Program-made: the position numbers and the translations under genes
In this document: positions 15,883-28,189 of the stretch, piece by piece
Layout of the letters: each line of letters starts with the position of its first letter
How positions within the stretch are numbered: the first letter of the stretch is position 1
From: Amoeboaphelidium protococcarum X5
Lineage: Eukaryota; Fungi; Aphelidiomycota
Reading direction: 5' to 3'
Assembly: GCA_023515725.1 (NCBI GenBank)
Contig: JALDTO010000146.1
Span: 930,001-994,000, forward strand
Length of the DNA: 64,000 nt
The notes under the pieces: generated by a model
Seen by the model: only the letters and a program-made list of their open reading frames with translations
Databases searched by the model: none
What the model was told of the DNA's origin: nothing

Positions 15883-16398
15883 ATGAGTAAAATTGCTCTT
15901 TAAATATTGCGTGAAAAGCCTGTGGCTGCTGGTATCACTGCTTATTTCGGGGCAGTAAATGCTGTATCATATGGTCTATTTTATAAGGACAAGGTGAGCA
16001 TGACGTTTGTGAATGTTAGACGTGCCATTGGATTCGTTCATCAATACGTGTAGGACGCGGCGATCAATCATTAATGGCGTATACCGGAGAAGACATTGTA
16101 GTTGAGTGCGCTTGCCGGAGGGTGGATGTGCGGTATGCTGGCGATGTAGCATTTCAGGCACAAGACCAAGAAGGAACCATTCAGAACCATTTATTTCTCA
16201 TGCGCAGCTGCTAATATCGGCCTCATATCTCTGGCGGCTTATGCTATTACACGGCGGCCTCATTTACTCAATTAACTATTAAGTTCGCGATCATTGGCAC
16301 AACTCAATTCAACAACAAACAAGATGGTATATTCTAAAAATTTCACTAATAAGCGTGATGGTGGAAAGAGGAAATAGAAAGCGAAAAATTAAAATTGA
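15883..16398 (+). CDS. DUF1294 family small membrane protein; intron 15994-16053
   Basis: YKDK/DAAINHQWRIPEKTLQLSALAGGWMCGMLAMQHFRHKTKK matches the DUF1294 pattern. Missed by the ORF track because of in-frame TAR codons. Confidence 0.85.
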
Positions 16399-16417
16399 AT
16401 TAATATATATTGGTATT

Positions 16418-17959
16418 TCATAGTCTTTGTTCGTATAGTTCTAGAGCGAGTATTACAACTTTTTTGAGCAATGCCTTGGCCTGAGGAATATCCAATGCAT
16501 TAGTGATGTAGATATGGAATGGCCTATCGGGATAGTGATTTAATTGGGTAAACTTTGATGAAAAATAATCAATCGCCGCCTTTACGTTCCCATTATCTTG
16601 AGCCGGATAGTCACCACAGTACTCTGAGAGGGGATGAGTTTCCATAGTCTTAACCAACAGATCCTTCTTGTTCAATAAGAGCACTAGCGGAACATCTTTC
16701 AAATCGCGATGGTTCGCCACCTCATAGAAAGAGTTATACGACTGTTGGAGCATGGTCTACACAACCGAATGACTGTCGCCTGTAGTATCGCAATACGAAG
16801 GCAAAGAGTGCACATAGATGGAAATAGCCTGTTTAGGCGTAAAATGCATAGGCCATTTAGCTCTTTGAAAATCGTATCCACCAAAATCCAGACACCTAAC
16901 AATGCGCTCCTAATCTACAACGATTCGCTCTCTACCGATGGACATTGTAGAACTTCTGCACATCAAAACGTCTTCATCAGTGGGAATGTAATCTGCAGAC
17001 AGTATTCTAGTTACATTGCTAATGAAGTAATCGAATGAAGGTGTAACTTTTAAGGCATCTCGGTATTGCAACACTTGTCTGAATCCTTGATCATTCTAAA
17101 GAGCAAGTATATCACGAACCAACGGAGATGTATCGCCACTACCACTATTCTTATTCATAGTGTAAAATGCAGGAGATATGCCGTTGGAATCCAGCGAATC
17201 ATCCAAGGCTTCCAGCAGATTAGAATAATCCCGCCCAGCGTCCAAAGATAGATTAAACTTCTCCATGCCTTGTATCAGCTCGCGTAGAGAGGATATCAGA
17301 TTGATGGTGATTGTGTTGAGATAATAATTACGCTCCTCATCTGTTATACCGTCCTAGGAGTAGAACAGCTTGAGAATCTTCACAAAAGTGCTCTTTCCCG
17401 AATTATTAAGGCCATAGAAAGCAATTTAATACACCTGCCTGCCTTATTCTTCTTCCAGCGTGCGCAATCTCTCAGCCAAAATCTGCTGCTTCGCTTTGAC
17501 TTCCACACGCGGATCGACAATCTATGGACCAATATCGCCATCAGTGCCTTCGAGCAATAGGTTATCTTCACCGATTTGCTTTACATCAGCAGAGTATATG
17601 AAATCTGGCATTTCATAATCATCGCTTCTTGCTTATCTAGAATTCGCCTTGATTTCCTAGTATGGACTCTATCTGCTTCCAGACACTGAAGATACTTTCA
17701 CCGTTGACAATGATAGATCCCTATCGTCATATCCGCCGCTTTAATCATCAGAAGTATCTTCTGAATATTCATCGTCAGATTTTCGCCTCATCACATCATT
17801 ATTTATCTTTTACTTCTCCCTCTAATATTGACTATTCCACTTTGAGTCATCAGTGTAAGTCTTACTAGCCTTCAGACGCTATTGTTTCAACCGGATGGCT
17901 TTCTCTGTCTGCTTCTCAATTGAAGGTCGAAAAAGCCAACTGAAGCAAGATTTAAACAT
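16418..17959 (-). CDS. Atypical heterotrimeric G-protein alpha subunit with long N-terminal extension
   Basis: 514 codons with TAR=Gln. GLNNSGKST, DYIPTDEDVLMCR, DFGGY, LLLNKKDL, TNALD. Confidence 0.85.
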
Positions 17960-18531
17960 TATCTATCCACAATTGATTTTATTAGCTTGTTTAATCAAAT
18001 AGCAATTAAGACTTTGTAAGCTAATATAGCTGGATTTATAACAGCTATTATTATGGCTAGTAAATGAGATTTCTGATGAAGGACAAGCTGAAAGAAAGCG
18101 ATAATGTTTGACCGACCAGTGACGAAACAAATGTTTTACATTCGGACTGATGTTCTATATTTAGATCTCCCGCGTACTTTCACATGCCATATCTTTGACT
18201 TTGATTTCACGGTAGTTAAATAAGGCGCATATAATCAAAAACGGCTGCTATTTGTAAAGACAAATGTTCGTATGTGTTAAAGGACGTTGTGATTAAGAGG
18301 ATGCGCACAAAACATCGTTAATCTGATCGCGTCCTGATTTTCGGTCTGTAAACAATTGAATGACGTTGGTTGGTCAAGATCCGCTCTGTTTTGGCTATAT
18401 TTGGCATATACCAACATATTCACGAAGAAAAGTGACAAGACTTGAAGACAATGTCTAAATCTTTAATTAACATAAGCAGATTTAATAGGAGTATTCAAAA
18501 ATGTCAATGAATCAATCCATAGTCAACACGA

Positions 18532-19941
18532 TCATTATGTTTCGTGAGAGTAACCCTTTGCTATACCAGATCTTCCTTCCATTATCACTTCGGCAGATTA
18601 ACTGGCTTCACCAATATCTAATCCATTCCAACTACGATTTTACACAACCATTGACATTTATTCCAAGGCCATTATCGCGCCTTCTTGCCGAATAGAGAGA
18701 GACTTGTCTTGATCTCCATTATCCATCTGTATTTGCAAATGTTTTCTACTCCTCTTCGGATTCTTTTCAATGTATCTACCAGTAGCCAAAGAAAATACAG
18801 TTTCTTCTTCATCATCATCACCTTAACTAGAACTTTATTGAGCTTACTGATGGTCAGATGATACCTGTTAAATGTCTATGAGAACACGTTCAAAGTCCAA
18901 ACTGTATTTCAGCGTGTTCCATTCAGAGTCGAGAAGGGCGCACTTTAACTCGTACGGTGTGATAATCGGCTGATAGAATTACTTTTCATTGTCTTGTACC
19001 ACGGCACTTAGAGGACATGACACGTTCACAAACACTTCAATCTCTGGGAAATTGGCCAACTTTGCAACTGTCAGTTTACCCACAGATACGATAAAGCAAG
19101 TTCTACCAACTGATTTAATCAAATCTGATATCTCATTAATCGCCTTCAAGTATGACTTTACAGCGAGAGTGGACACTAGAATGCCAATGATTGATGCAGA
19201 CTTAGTCTTCTCTATGAAGTAATATCGTCTCATTAGAAGCCTCTAAGCCGAGATCTCATCAGCATATGAACCACTTACAGGGTCAAATTACACTATTGAT
19301 ACATGACTAAAAGACATCTGAATGCAAGTGAGTAATGGGCACGTGGATCCTATAAAAAGCACTTTAGTATTTTCCTGAGTATTCGACAGATTCTGATTCA
19401 AAGCCCTGCCACAAAAGAGATGGCTCTCTAGTTAATCTTCAGCAGGCAGTATGATATCGCGCTCTAGCTTACAATGCGATACACGAGTTTATATCGAAGC
19501 AGGTAGCTTTTAACTAATCATCGTCTAAATCAACTAGTCATATTTGCATTCACCAACAATGATCCATTATCCCTAATGAGCCTACAAAACGGAACATATT
19601 TCATCAATAGACAACTGCGATTACTATCCACCTGCAGTAGAATCATCTGAAAATACATATAGCACAGGAAGACGCGTAGTAGGAGACAGACAAGCTTCGC
19701 CAAAGTGAATTATTGCTTGAGCATCAATGTGTTACGCAGCCACTTCATCAGCGCAACAGTTTCCATAAGAAGTATCAGCCAGGATAGCAAAATCAATCAC
19801 CGGGAACTAGCATTCCAGCTGGGAGACTATATCCACACTATACGCCAGTATATGATCTGGTAATTGTACAGCTATAACTTTAAATTAATTATCCACGATA
19901 AACTGTGCCTACTCCTATGATAGCTGGAATTTAAATGTCAT
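18532..19941 (-). CDS. DPH2: Diphthamide biosynthesis protein 2
   Basis: [48 protein letters not shown]-terminal GRSGIAKGY. 470 codons. Confidence 0.93.
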
Positions 19942-20301
19942 TTTTAGTCAGTTTTCGCTAATTTTGTTTTGATGTTAGCAAAGAAGGTAGAAGGGTAAGA
20001 GCAAGCAGAATGACTGAATATGTATCGCGATTTGACTGTAAAGTCGATGGACAATTTCGAACCGATGGAAAGTTTACGACTATCAAGGTAGACATCTAAA
20101 CAAGTTGTTATAACTTATACGATGGCTATAACAATATCAATTTAATCACGTCACTGATCACTGCGGAAGCCTATAAAAATCAGTCGTCAAGCGCGGTCGC
20201 TTCTCATTTCTTTTCACACCGTTGAAAACACCACCATTACTACTCTATTCTACATCCTATTTGCCGTGAATCGCTGCTATCATCTCTTCATTTATATTGA
20301 A

Positions 20302-21912
20302 ATGGCTGAAGAAATTGGCGAAGATTATGCTCTGTCGCTATAGGATCTAAATTACAATTCCAAGCCTATTATCACTTCACTCACTTTGATTGCGGAAGAG
20401 AATGAATGGGCTGCAGAGTAGATTGTGCAGGTGATTGAGCAGCGATTGCAGTCTGTACCACTTAACTAGAAATTGCCTGTCATGTACTTGATGGACTCTA
20501 TAATAAAGAATGTTAAAGGAAAGTATCTGGGGTATTTCGCTGCTAATCTTTACCGAATCTACACCACAATCTATGAACAGGCTTGTGCATCACAGAAGGA
20601 GGGCGATGATCTGCGCGCTCGGCTCGAGAAATTGGTCAAGACTTGGTCGGGATATTTCGCTGATGATCTCCTTTATGGCCTCCGATAGTTTATAGCTGAT
20701 AAGAAATTGTAATTAATTTCCAGCTCCAATACTGCCAGTGGTTAAGCTTAGTCTTCGTAGCCTTAATAGTAATAGTTCTAATCGGGGACTTTTACTCAGT
20801 AGCCTTTGTACAATTAGTAGACTTAGTTCTAATAGGCATATTTTGGGATGCCAATGCAATCTTATGGCGTATAGCTGTCACCGGAACAGATGTAGTTGTA
20901 GTAATCAATAGTATAGCTTCTTTAGTAAAAGCAGGCGGATCTATCGCGCTCTGGTTATGATTTAGTGCTTTAGAATTAGTTATAAACGCTGCAGTAGTTA
21001 TCAACACTGGTCTCATAGCAGTAGCTGCCGTAGAACTAAATTGCACAGATAGCCTTGTAAATAGCGTCCCTATGGAGTACTGGCGCGTCTGGTCCAACTC
21101 CTGTGAGTAGTATACCACCTATTTCTTCTAGTTTGTTGTCCTCTTTGTCTTAACTTCAGCATGCAAAGTATGTTAATAAATATTCTCTTTTATCATTTTC
21201 TTATAATAATAATAATAATAATAGTCATAGTACTAGTAGTATTCGTAGTATCCCTCAGCAGACTAATGGATCAGGAAATTTTGGTCAGCCGGCTGAAGGC
21301 AACAAGACTGACGACGCGTCGGGGGAGTAGAGTGTTGAAGCTCAAGTGTTTGCATTGTACGACGCGCTCCCACTTCAGTGTAAACAGTGTGGACAGAGAT
21401 TTTAGGAGACGGAGGATGGAAAATAGAAGTTGACATTGCATTTGGACGGGCATTTCAGGTTGAACAAGAAGGCTTCGTTTGGGAGCAGAGACTGGTTCTT
21501 ATCAGTGGATGTGTGGGTAAAGACGCGCACCATTGAAACCACGTCTGGCGATAATCCATTTTTTGAAGATGATTCTATTGGCGTAGGGGTATCTTAAAAT
21601 TAGCTGGGTGATTCTATAAGTATATAGTCCAAGGTGATGATACCGTATCTACCAGAGCTTGGGAAGCAGTGCAACATTTGTTTCGAAACATTTAAAGTTG
21701 TTTGGGATGAAGCTAATGAAGATTGGATGCTGGTGGATGCTGTCAGAAAAGATCAAAAGAATTATCACATCAAATGTTTAGAGCTGCAAGATAATTCTAA
21801 ATCCGGATAATAGACAATTGATAACGCAGAAACTACATCAGTTGTGACGCGTAAGAGGAAGAATGTTGTGGTTGAGGACGACACAAAACCTTAAAAGAAG
21901 GCTGCCTCTTGA
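20302..21912 (+). CDS. PCF11: mRNA cleavage/termination factor Pcf11
   Basis: CID domain (DLNYNSKPIITSLT, LPVMYLMDSIIKNV), Q-rich linker written largely in TAA/TAG, Zn finger LYDALPLQCKQCGQRF..HLDGHF, and CNICFE..WDEANEDW..YHIKC. A possible unneeded intron lies near 21168. Confidence 0.92.
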
Positions 21913-22083
21913 ACCGACTTGAGTCTAGCGTGAAACAGATAAATTTTTTTTTATTTTGAAAGTTAAGAGAGTATGGTCTCAGTTAGTCTCATCATTTTCT
22001 GTATGCTTAATTGCACCCGGAAAAATTTTTGGTACTTTCAAGCGACGTATTTTACAACATGATATGATAAATTTGCTTCTTTA

Positions 22084-23363
22084 ATGATGAATGGGATAGA
22101 ACTTTTTATGGATATTAGCAGTAATGATGTTCTGTCTGCCTGTGGTGAGAATGCGTCTCCGATCCTGGCAATTGACGAAATCTAGTAGACTCTCGAAGGC
22201 AGTATTGTGCACAAATTGACTGATAGCTCTAATGAACGGCCTTTTCCCCCATTATTATTGGAGACGAAAGAAATGGGTATCTTCATAAATTTTATGATCG
22301 CTGGTACTGGAATGAATTTCGAGCTTATTCAAGAATGCTTGTCATCTGCTTCATTTAAGAAGGAGAAGTTTGATTATCAGCTTATCATGGGTTTCAAGCC
22401 ACTTTGCAAATAGTAAGTATGCTGAAGATTAATGATATTTAAAGCACCACATTCCCTTTAAGATTTTTTGTTAAAGATCTGAACGAAGGACGGGACCTAT
22501 TGATGCGTCGTGTTGGCACCGAAACGTTGCATACTTTGCTTATACGGGCTTTGATCTCCTATCTAGCACTTGGAATGCTACCATTTTATTACCTAATGAT
22601 CATGCTTCTTACGCTCTGCATTGTGGTCTTGGGTTTGTTAACTCGGCCGAAGATCGCACTTTAAATGTGGTGAATATTCTGTAAAAAATGCTGTTATTGA
22701 GTGCCCTAGGCTTTTTATTCCGTTTGGAGACATTGTTCATCATCTTTGCCATCATATTTTGACGTCATCTTAGCCCTCGAATGTTGGTACACGCTAGAGT
22801 ACATAGTTGCCGCAGCTTTAGTTGCAAATAATTCTGGAGACCGATCAATGTTGCGGCGTCTTTCTGTGTGGAATAATATGATGGAGTCGTACTTGTTGTA
22901 AGACTACAATTTTGATGGCAGGGCTGTTTTCTTCCCGCATCAAATGATGGGGCCAGACGTTATCTACCGCTGCATTAATACTAAGATATTGTACTTGGTT
23001 TAAGTAAAATTCGTAAAAAAATTATCTAAGCAAGAGCTCGTCAACGCGTATTCAACTACTGATAGAAACTTGTTTTATTGCAATCGTGTGACCGGGAAAG
23101 TTTTAAGAGGATTTGAACATAGGCGTTAAATTATCCTGAAGGATATTGATAGGTTGGAAGATGCTGGTTATAGCGTCAAACGTCTTTTGGTTATGCACTC
23201 GGGGGAAAGATTCCATAAGGTTCCAACGCCATATAAATTATATCTAAATCTAGTGACCCGGATTTTTTTAAAGCTATTGGACACTATAACATCTGGGGAT
23301 TGCTTGAGTTTTCACGCTATTAATTCAATTAACGCAGTTGACTGGATTAATAAAATCAATTGA
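22084..23363 (+). pseudogene. Decayed Crinkler-like (CR-NTPase + restriction-endonuclease-fold) gene remnant
   Basis: ILAIDEIQ (Walker B-like), IAGTGM, TLEYIVAAALV, FFPHQMMGPDVIY..LVQVKF. Broken by an in-frame TGA (22423) and several frameshifts. No N-terminal part. Confidence 0.6.
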
Positions 23364-23432
23364 GTTGTTATAAATATTTAAATATCTACTTTGAATCGCC
23401 TATTTATCTATTAAAGAGTCAAAGCTAAGCAA

Positions 23433-24812
23433 TCATTCGAAAACAACACCAGCTTCGCGACTTTATGGCTTTAAAATCTCGAAAGAGCACACCAGATCCT
23501 AGTTGACCACCATTATAGCAGCAGCATTGTTAAATTCTCCGCAGTAATTAGGAGCAGAGAATATGGTGACTAGAGTGCGATTTCCAAAAAATTCATATCC
23601 ATCTTCGACCACCATGTGGGCACGACATACTAGATCCAGATTGTACTTGTTAAGAAACTCTGTGACGACATTCTTACCAAAGGTGTACGATACACCGCGA
23701 TCATTGTCCTCCCAATCATCAATAGACTCGTTGGGATCGCTCCAAAGCAAATCATTGTACAAACCCACTTCTGGGATTTCCATAGGCCTCACGGCATTCT
23801 TGATATCCTTTAAATCTTTCAAGTGAGGAGAGAGCCCGCCATGTACACAGAATATCTTTTCAGCAACCACGGCAGCGAGAGGCAAGCAATTAAACACGTC
23901 AGTGAAAGTTCTCCAGATCTTGACGTTACACCGGCGTTTGCATTCATCAAAGAAACCATATACTCGATTCACATTGGCACATTCATGGTTGCCTCGCAAT
24001 AGATATACCCCATCTGGATACTTCACTTTATAACACAGCAATAAAGTTATAGTTTCAAGACTTTATTTCCCTCGGTCAACATAATCACCCAGAAAGAGAT
24101 AACGCTACGTGTCTGGAAATCCGCACAGCTCAAACAGACGAAGTAAATCGACAAACTGGCCATGAGTGTCTCCCACAACTTTGATAGGAGCAGGACAATG
24201 GAGCAGTGAAGGCTAATTCAGTATAGCGTGTCGAGCTAGAGCGCATATTTAGATAATCTCGGAATTTTTCAGACAGAATCCTTTCAACTTACCAGATGCA
24301 GCTGCATGTCTCTGTTGTAGAATTCTTTATATACAATCATCTATTGACACTACTTTACCACTAATGGATGGCTAAGGGACTTCAGCTTACGTAGTGGACG
24401 CGTCAGAGAATTATCTCTCCCTACCAGTAGATTTTGTAACTTCAGGCTAAATATCTTGTTCATTTTTGTTAACTTTGATCGAATTATCACTGTCATCAGA
24501 CTCTGAAGTTTGAATCTGCTGATTACTCTCTTGGTCTTTATCAACAACTGAGGACAACGACTAATTTGCCAAGTTAACTGCATTCAAATCTTATTATTTA
24601 CTTACACTCAATTCAGACTTGCTATCAACTTATTATGAAGATTGCTATGACTATGGTTCATCCATTGAAGAGGATGCCATAATTACGCTTTCTTTAGATT
24701 TTCCCTTTGTTTCATCCCCTTTATGCTTTCTGTGATGCGGCTGCTTTTTTGCTGGCACATCATCTAAGCTTCCCTCTGCGTGAAAAAACTCCTTACCCGG
24801 CTGGTTTCCCAT
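23433..24812 (-). CDS. PPZ1: PPZ-type Ser/Thr protein phosphatase (PP1 family with N-terminal extension)
   Basis: MGNQ start and low-complexity extension. [16 protein letters not shown] (Q=TAA at 24063), [37 protein letters not shown]. Confidence 0.88.
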
Positions 24813-24994
24813 CTCACGGTATATAATAATCTTGCAATGAGTTAAATAGCACTCGTTTATAAACAGAAGGCGAATGAAAACTCAATTTATTAAAGATAAA
24901 TATAGGCTTAAATTTGAAACAGCTGTATTCTTGAGAAGAACACACACAACTTCCAAATTATCCTTCTGTAATCTTTGATTGGCACGCAATTAAG

Positions 24995-25661
24995 TCAGCC
25001 GCTGTTAATAGCACCTCTAACAACTGATCTGAGAGCGAAAGCCCATACCGAGAAACTTATAGAATCTACATGATTAAGAGCGCGTTGTTATCCATAATAA
25101 TATTTAAGACAATATCTAAATACTTACTAGATGGTGCCACCGGAAGAGAGAGTACGCGAGAAATGTAATCTCCAGTCCACTCTGAAGGAAGATATGCCAT
25201 AGGAGATCTAAAGTGGAAGAATGTCAATAGCGCATACGCAATATATACAAGTACGCGTAAAGCTAGAGACACTTTAACAGTAAACGCAGTTTTACTCATA
25301 GCATCACTTGACACTACAAACTCAAAATCCATAAAAGAATGACCATCAGACATCAATCAAATTGCCTCTTACTCAGTTAATCATATTCAGCGGACAACTT
25401 ATCCACTTGTCGCTTTAATCTGGCCCACTTGGCAAATTCGTCCATCGCACTAATTGACTTCAATTATTCTCGCAATTAGACAACCTCAGCCTTTAATTAA
25501 TGTCGTTAAGCTCTCTTATTTATACCAATCAAGTGTCCTAGACTCTAATATAACATTTCGCTGACTGACTAATATCCAATCGACTCAAAAAACGCCAGAA
25601 TCAAGACTATCGCAGTGACTGACACGATAGGAAGTTGACACAGCTCATAAATCTGATCCAT
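24995..25661 (-). CDS. GET1: Guided entry of tail-anchored proteins factor 1 (WRB); 2 introns
   Basis: TM helix, then ISAMDEFAKWARLKRQVDK coiled coil, LPSEW..LSLPVAP, SISFSVW. Confidence 0.88.
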
Positions 25662-26012
25662 TTCTACGGTAGCCAATCAAGAGTTATAAGTGATTTTCCT
25701 AGAACTAATCGCACGAAAAGAGTAAAACGAAACAGATTAGAGGAGATGAAGTGCAGCTAGCTTCTCAATGCCAAAGGCCAGCACGAGAGTAAAGAAGCAG
25801 CAATAAACACTAGTCAACAGAACGCGTGTTTCAAGACGCGATTTCGTAAGCTTGATCATCTTCATTCTATTTTCCCCGTTGCTGTTAAGATAGTGTACAC
25901 TGTCCCCTAGCTTAATAAGTGACACTATAAGATTAACTAGTGTTTCAGTCTACTTCTATTAAGGCCCTCTTCGTAGACTAAATTTAATTCTGATTGTTAT
26001 TCTGAAAAGAAA

Positions 26013-28027
26013 ATGTCAGACTGGAAAACTTAGACTACTCCCACTAGGAAACCAAGACGTGTCAACTAGAATACTGCACTCGGCAGTAAATAAAGTGAGT
26101 ACATAATATATATAATCTTTATGAAATTTCTTATATTAATATTTAATTAATTAATTCCTCTCATTGTGTAGAAAGTGTAAGTTTTGGGCAAAGGAGTCCG
26201 TTCTCTGTTCTACAGGATGAGAATTAGAATGTAATGCAACAACAGTAGTAATAGTAAAGTCTGCAATACAACCGCTCAATTGAAGTTATCGATTTAACTC
26301 AAGACAGTCCTCCATCAAATCTAAATTAGGCTGGTTGGCAGATTGGGAGGACACCTGTGAAAGGTACATCTGGTCATGCTGTTTCTAAGGATATTACGGA
26401 TAATTGCTCTCTAATATGCATTGCACGCGATTGTAGACTTCCATTCACAGTGGATGTGGATATCTTGCAGAAAGTTCATCAAGAATTCGAAGGGCGTTAT
26501 CCACAGAAATATGACGTGCATGTCCTGGCTGTCATTGAAGCTATTGAAAAGAGTCTACGTGGTGTCTCTGTTAAAGCCATTGGATCTAAGGATTTCACTT
26601 TACTACAAAAGACCACCACTTCTCAGTCCGAATACGTTATATTGAGTGACTTAATTATAAAGCCTCAAGATTATTTCACGTAAGACTGTTTGGACTATTG
26701 TATCCGCATGATGTTAGAGGTTCCACGGAATCAGGTACAGCAAGTGTTAGATAAAGTCGTGTCAACTCTGGTCTAAATCCAAAATAATTATGGTGGAAAG
26801 CTGGTCAATGAAAAAGGACTGGTGTATATAGTATTTATAAATTTGATACTGTTTTCTCCTGTGTGCAATGATTTGGATGTGAATTTGGAGAATACCTATC
26901 TGGGCATCGTATCTGAGTATCCATATTATTATGCTAATCCTACAGTGTCCCATTTCATGATATGGTTTCTAGTGCAGAACTAGTTTAAGCCTGGAGATAT
27001 TGCACATTTCTTGACATTTGGTCTACCATCATTCTCCACTGCAATCATCGGCAGCTGCGCATCTTTTTAAAGATTGTGTGATGAATACGCCAATGCTTGG
27101 ATGGAGTAGGTCCAGTTGATGATGTCATCTGTTTAGTCTAATAGTACGAGTGTTCGCTATCATATCAATGTGGACTAAATTATTCAGCTGATGCTGGCTG
27201 CTTTCACCAGAGATTCAGTGCTGGCGTCAAATAGCAAAGGCTTAAAGTATCAAGATACGTTGAAGAAACTTGCTTATTTTATCAGTGATAATATTAACTA
27301 TTTCGAGTTGGATAGAAGGCGATTGTTGGTGGAATTACTCAAGGCCTAAGAAAGTAAAGACGCTGACATGTAGCAGTTTTCATTAAAGGCTGTCACATGG
27401 TTGATTGTTAAAGATTCAAGTCTTTTGAAAGAGCTTGCGTATGTTGTTTAGTAGCATGGTTAACGCGTGCTGAGTATCTTGCAGAGTCTTAAGCAATCAT
27501 CTGAGTATTGGAAATCTATTTAAGTGCAGAAAGACTTGCACTAGTTTCTATCTCACATCTAATAATTGTAATCTGAGACATTGTATGATGGTTAGAATTT
27601 GAGTTATGAGAATTAGATCTTGTCATTGTTTTAAGGCGACTAACTGAAGGATTCATAGCCTTAGGGATGGAAGATGGTTTTAACTCTAATAATCGTAATT
27701 ATCACCGGCATTACTTTTGCAGTATGTGGAACTCTGTATAATGAGTAAATTTTGCACTTTGTGTATCAGTTGTCACATCAAGTGATGCGCATTGAGATGT
27801 AGTATCAAGTAAGTGAGAAGTTGATCTATGCAGGTACATTTGTATTTTATGTCCTCGTGGCGCTCTGTGAATGGGCCTATGAATGGTTAGTTGGAGTTGT
27901 GCAGATTCTAACAGACGCAGCATATCATGAAAATTTGTGGGATCAAGTGTTGAACATGGAATCTTATGCTCATGACGCTCTAAGGACGTTCAGTCGTTAT
28001 TTGAATGAAAGTCCGCAATCTCAATGA
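26013..28027 (+). CDS. Hypothetical helical protein with C-terminal hydrophobic segment (weakly TMEM214-like); intron 26095-26171
   Basis: Long TGA-free frame under TAR=Gln. Intron phase is consistent. Family assignment is weak. Confidence 0.6.
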
Positions 28028-28189
28028 AAATATAATCACCTGTCATGATCTAATGTATCACCTTCTTATTGATGTTGTAACCAAGAGTCTTAAAGTGTTG
28101 TAAAAATGGCAACTTCAAGTATCATAACACAATATACTAATTACACACTAAAATCAGAAACAATCATATAGAAAGTAAAAGTACTTCAA

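Noticed and set aside
21161-21433. ORF with a poly-Ile hydrophobic run that looks like a membrane protein
   Set aside because: Off-frame reading of an (AAT)n tract inside PCF11.
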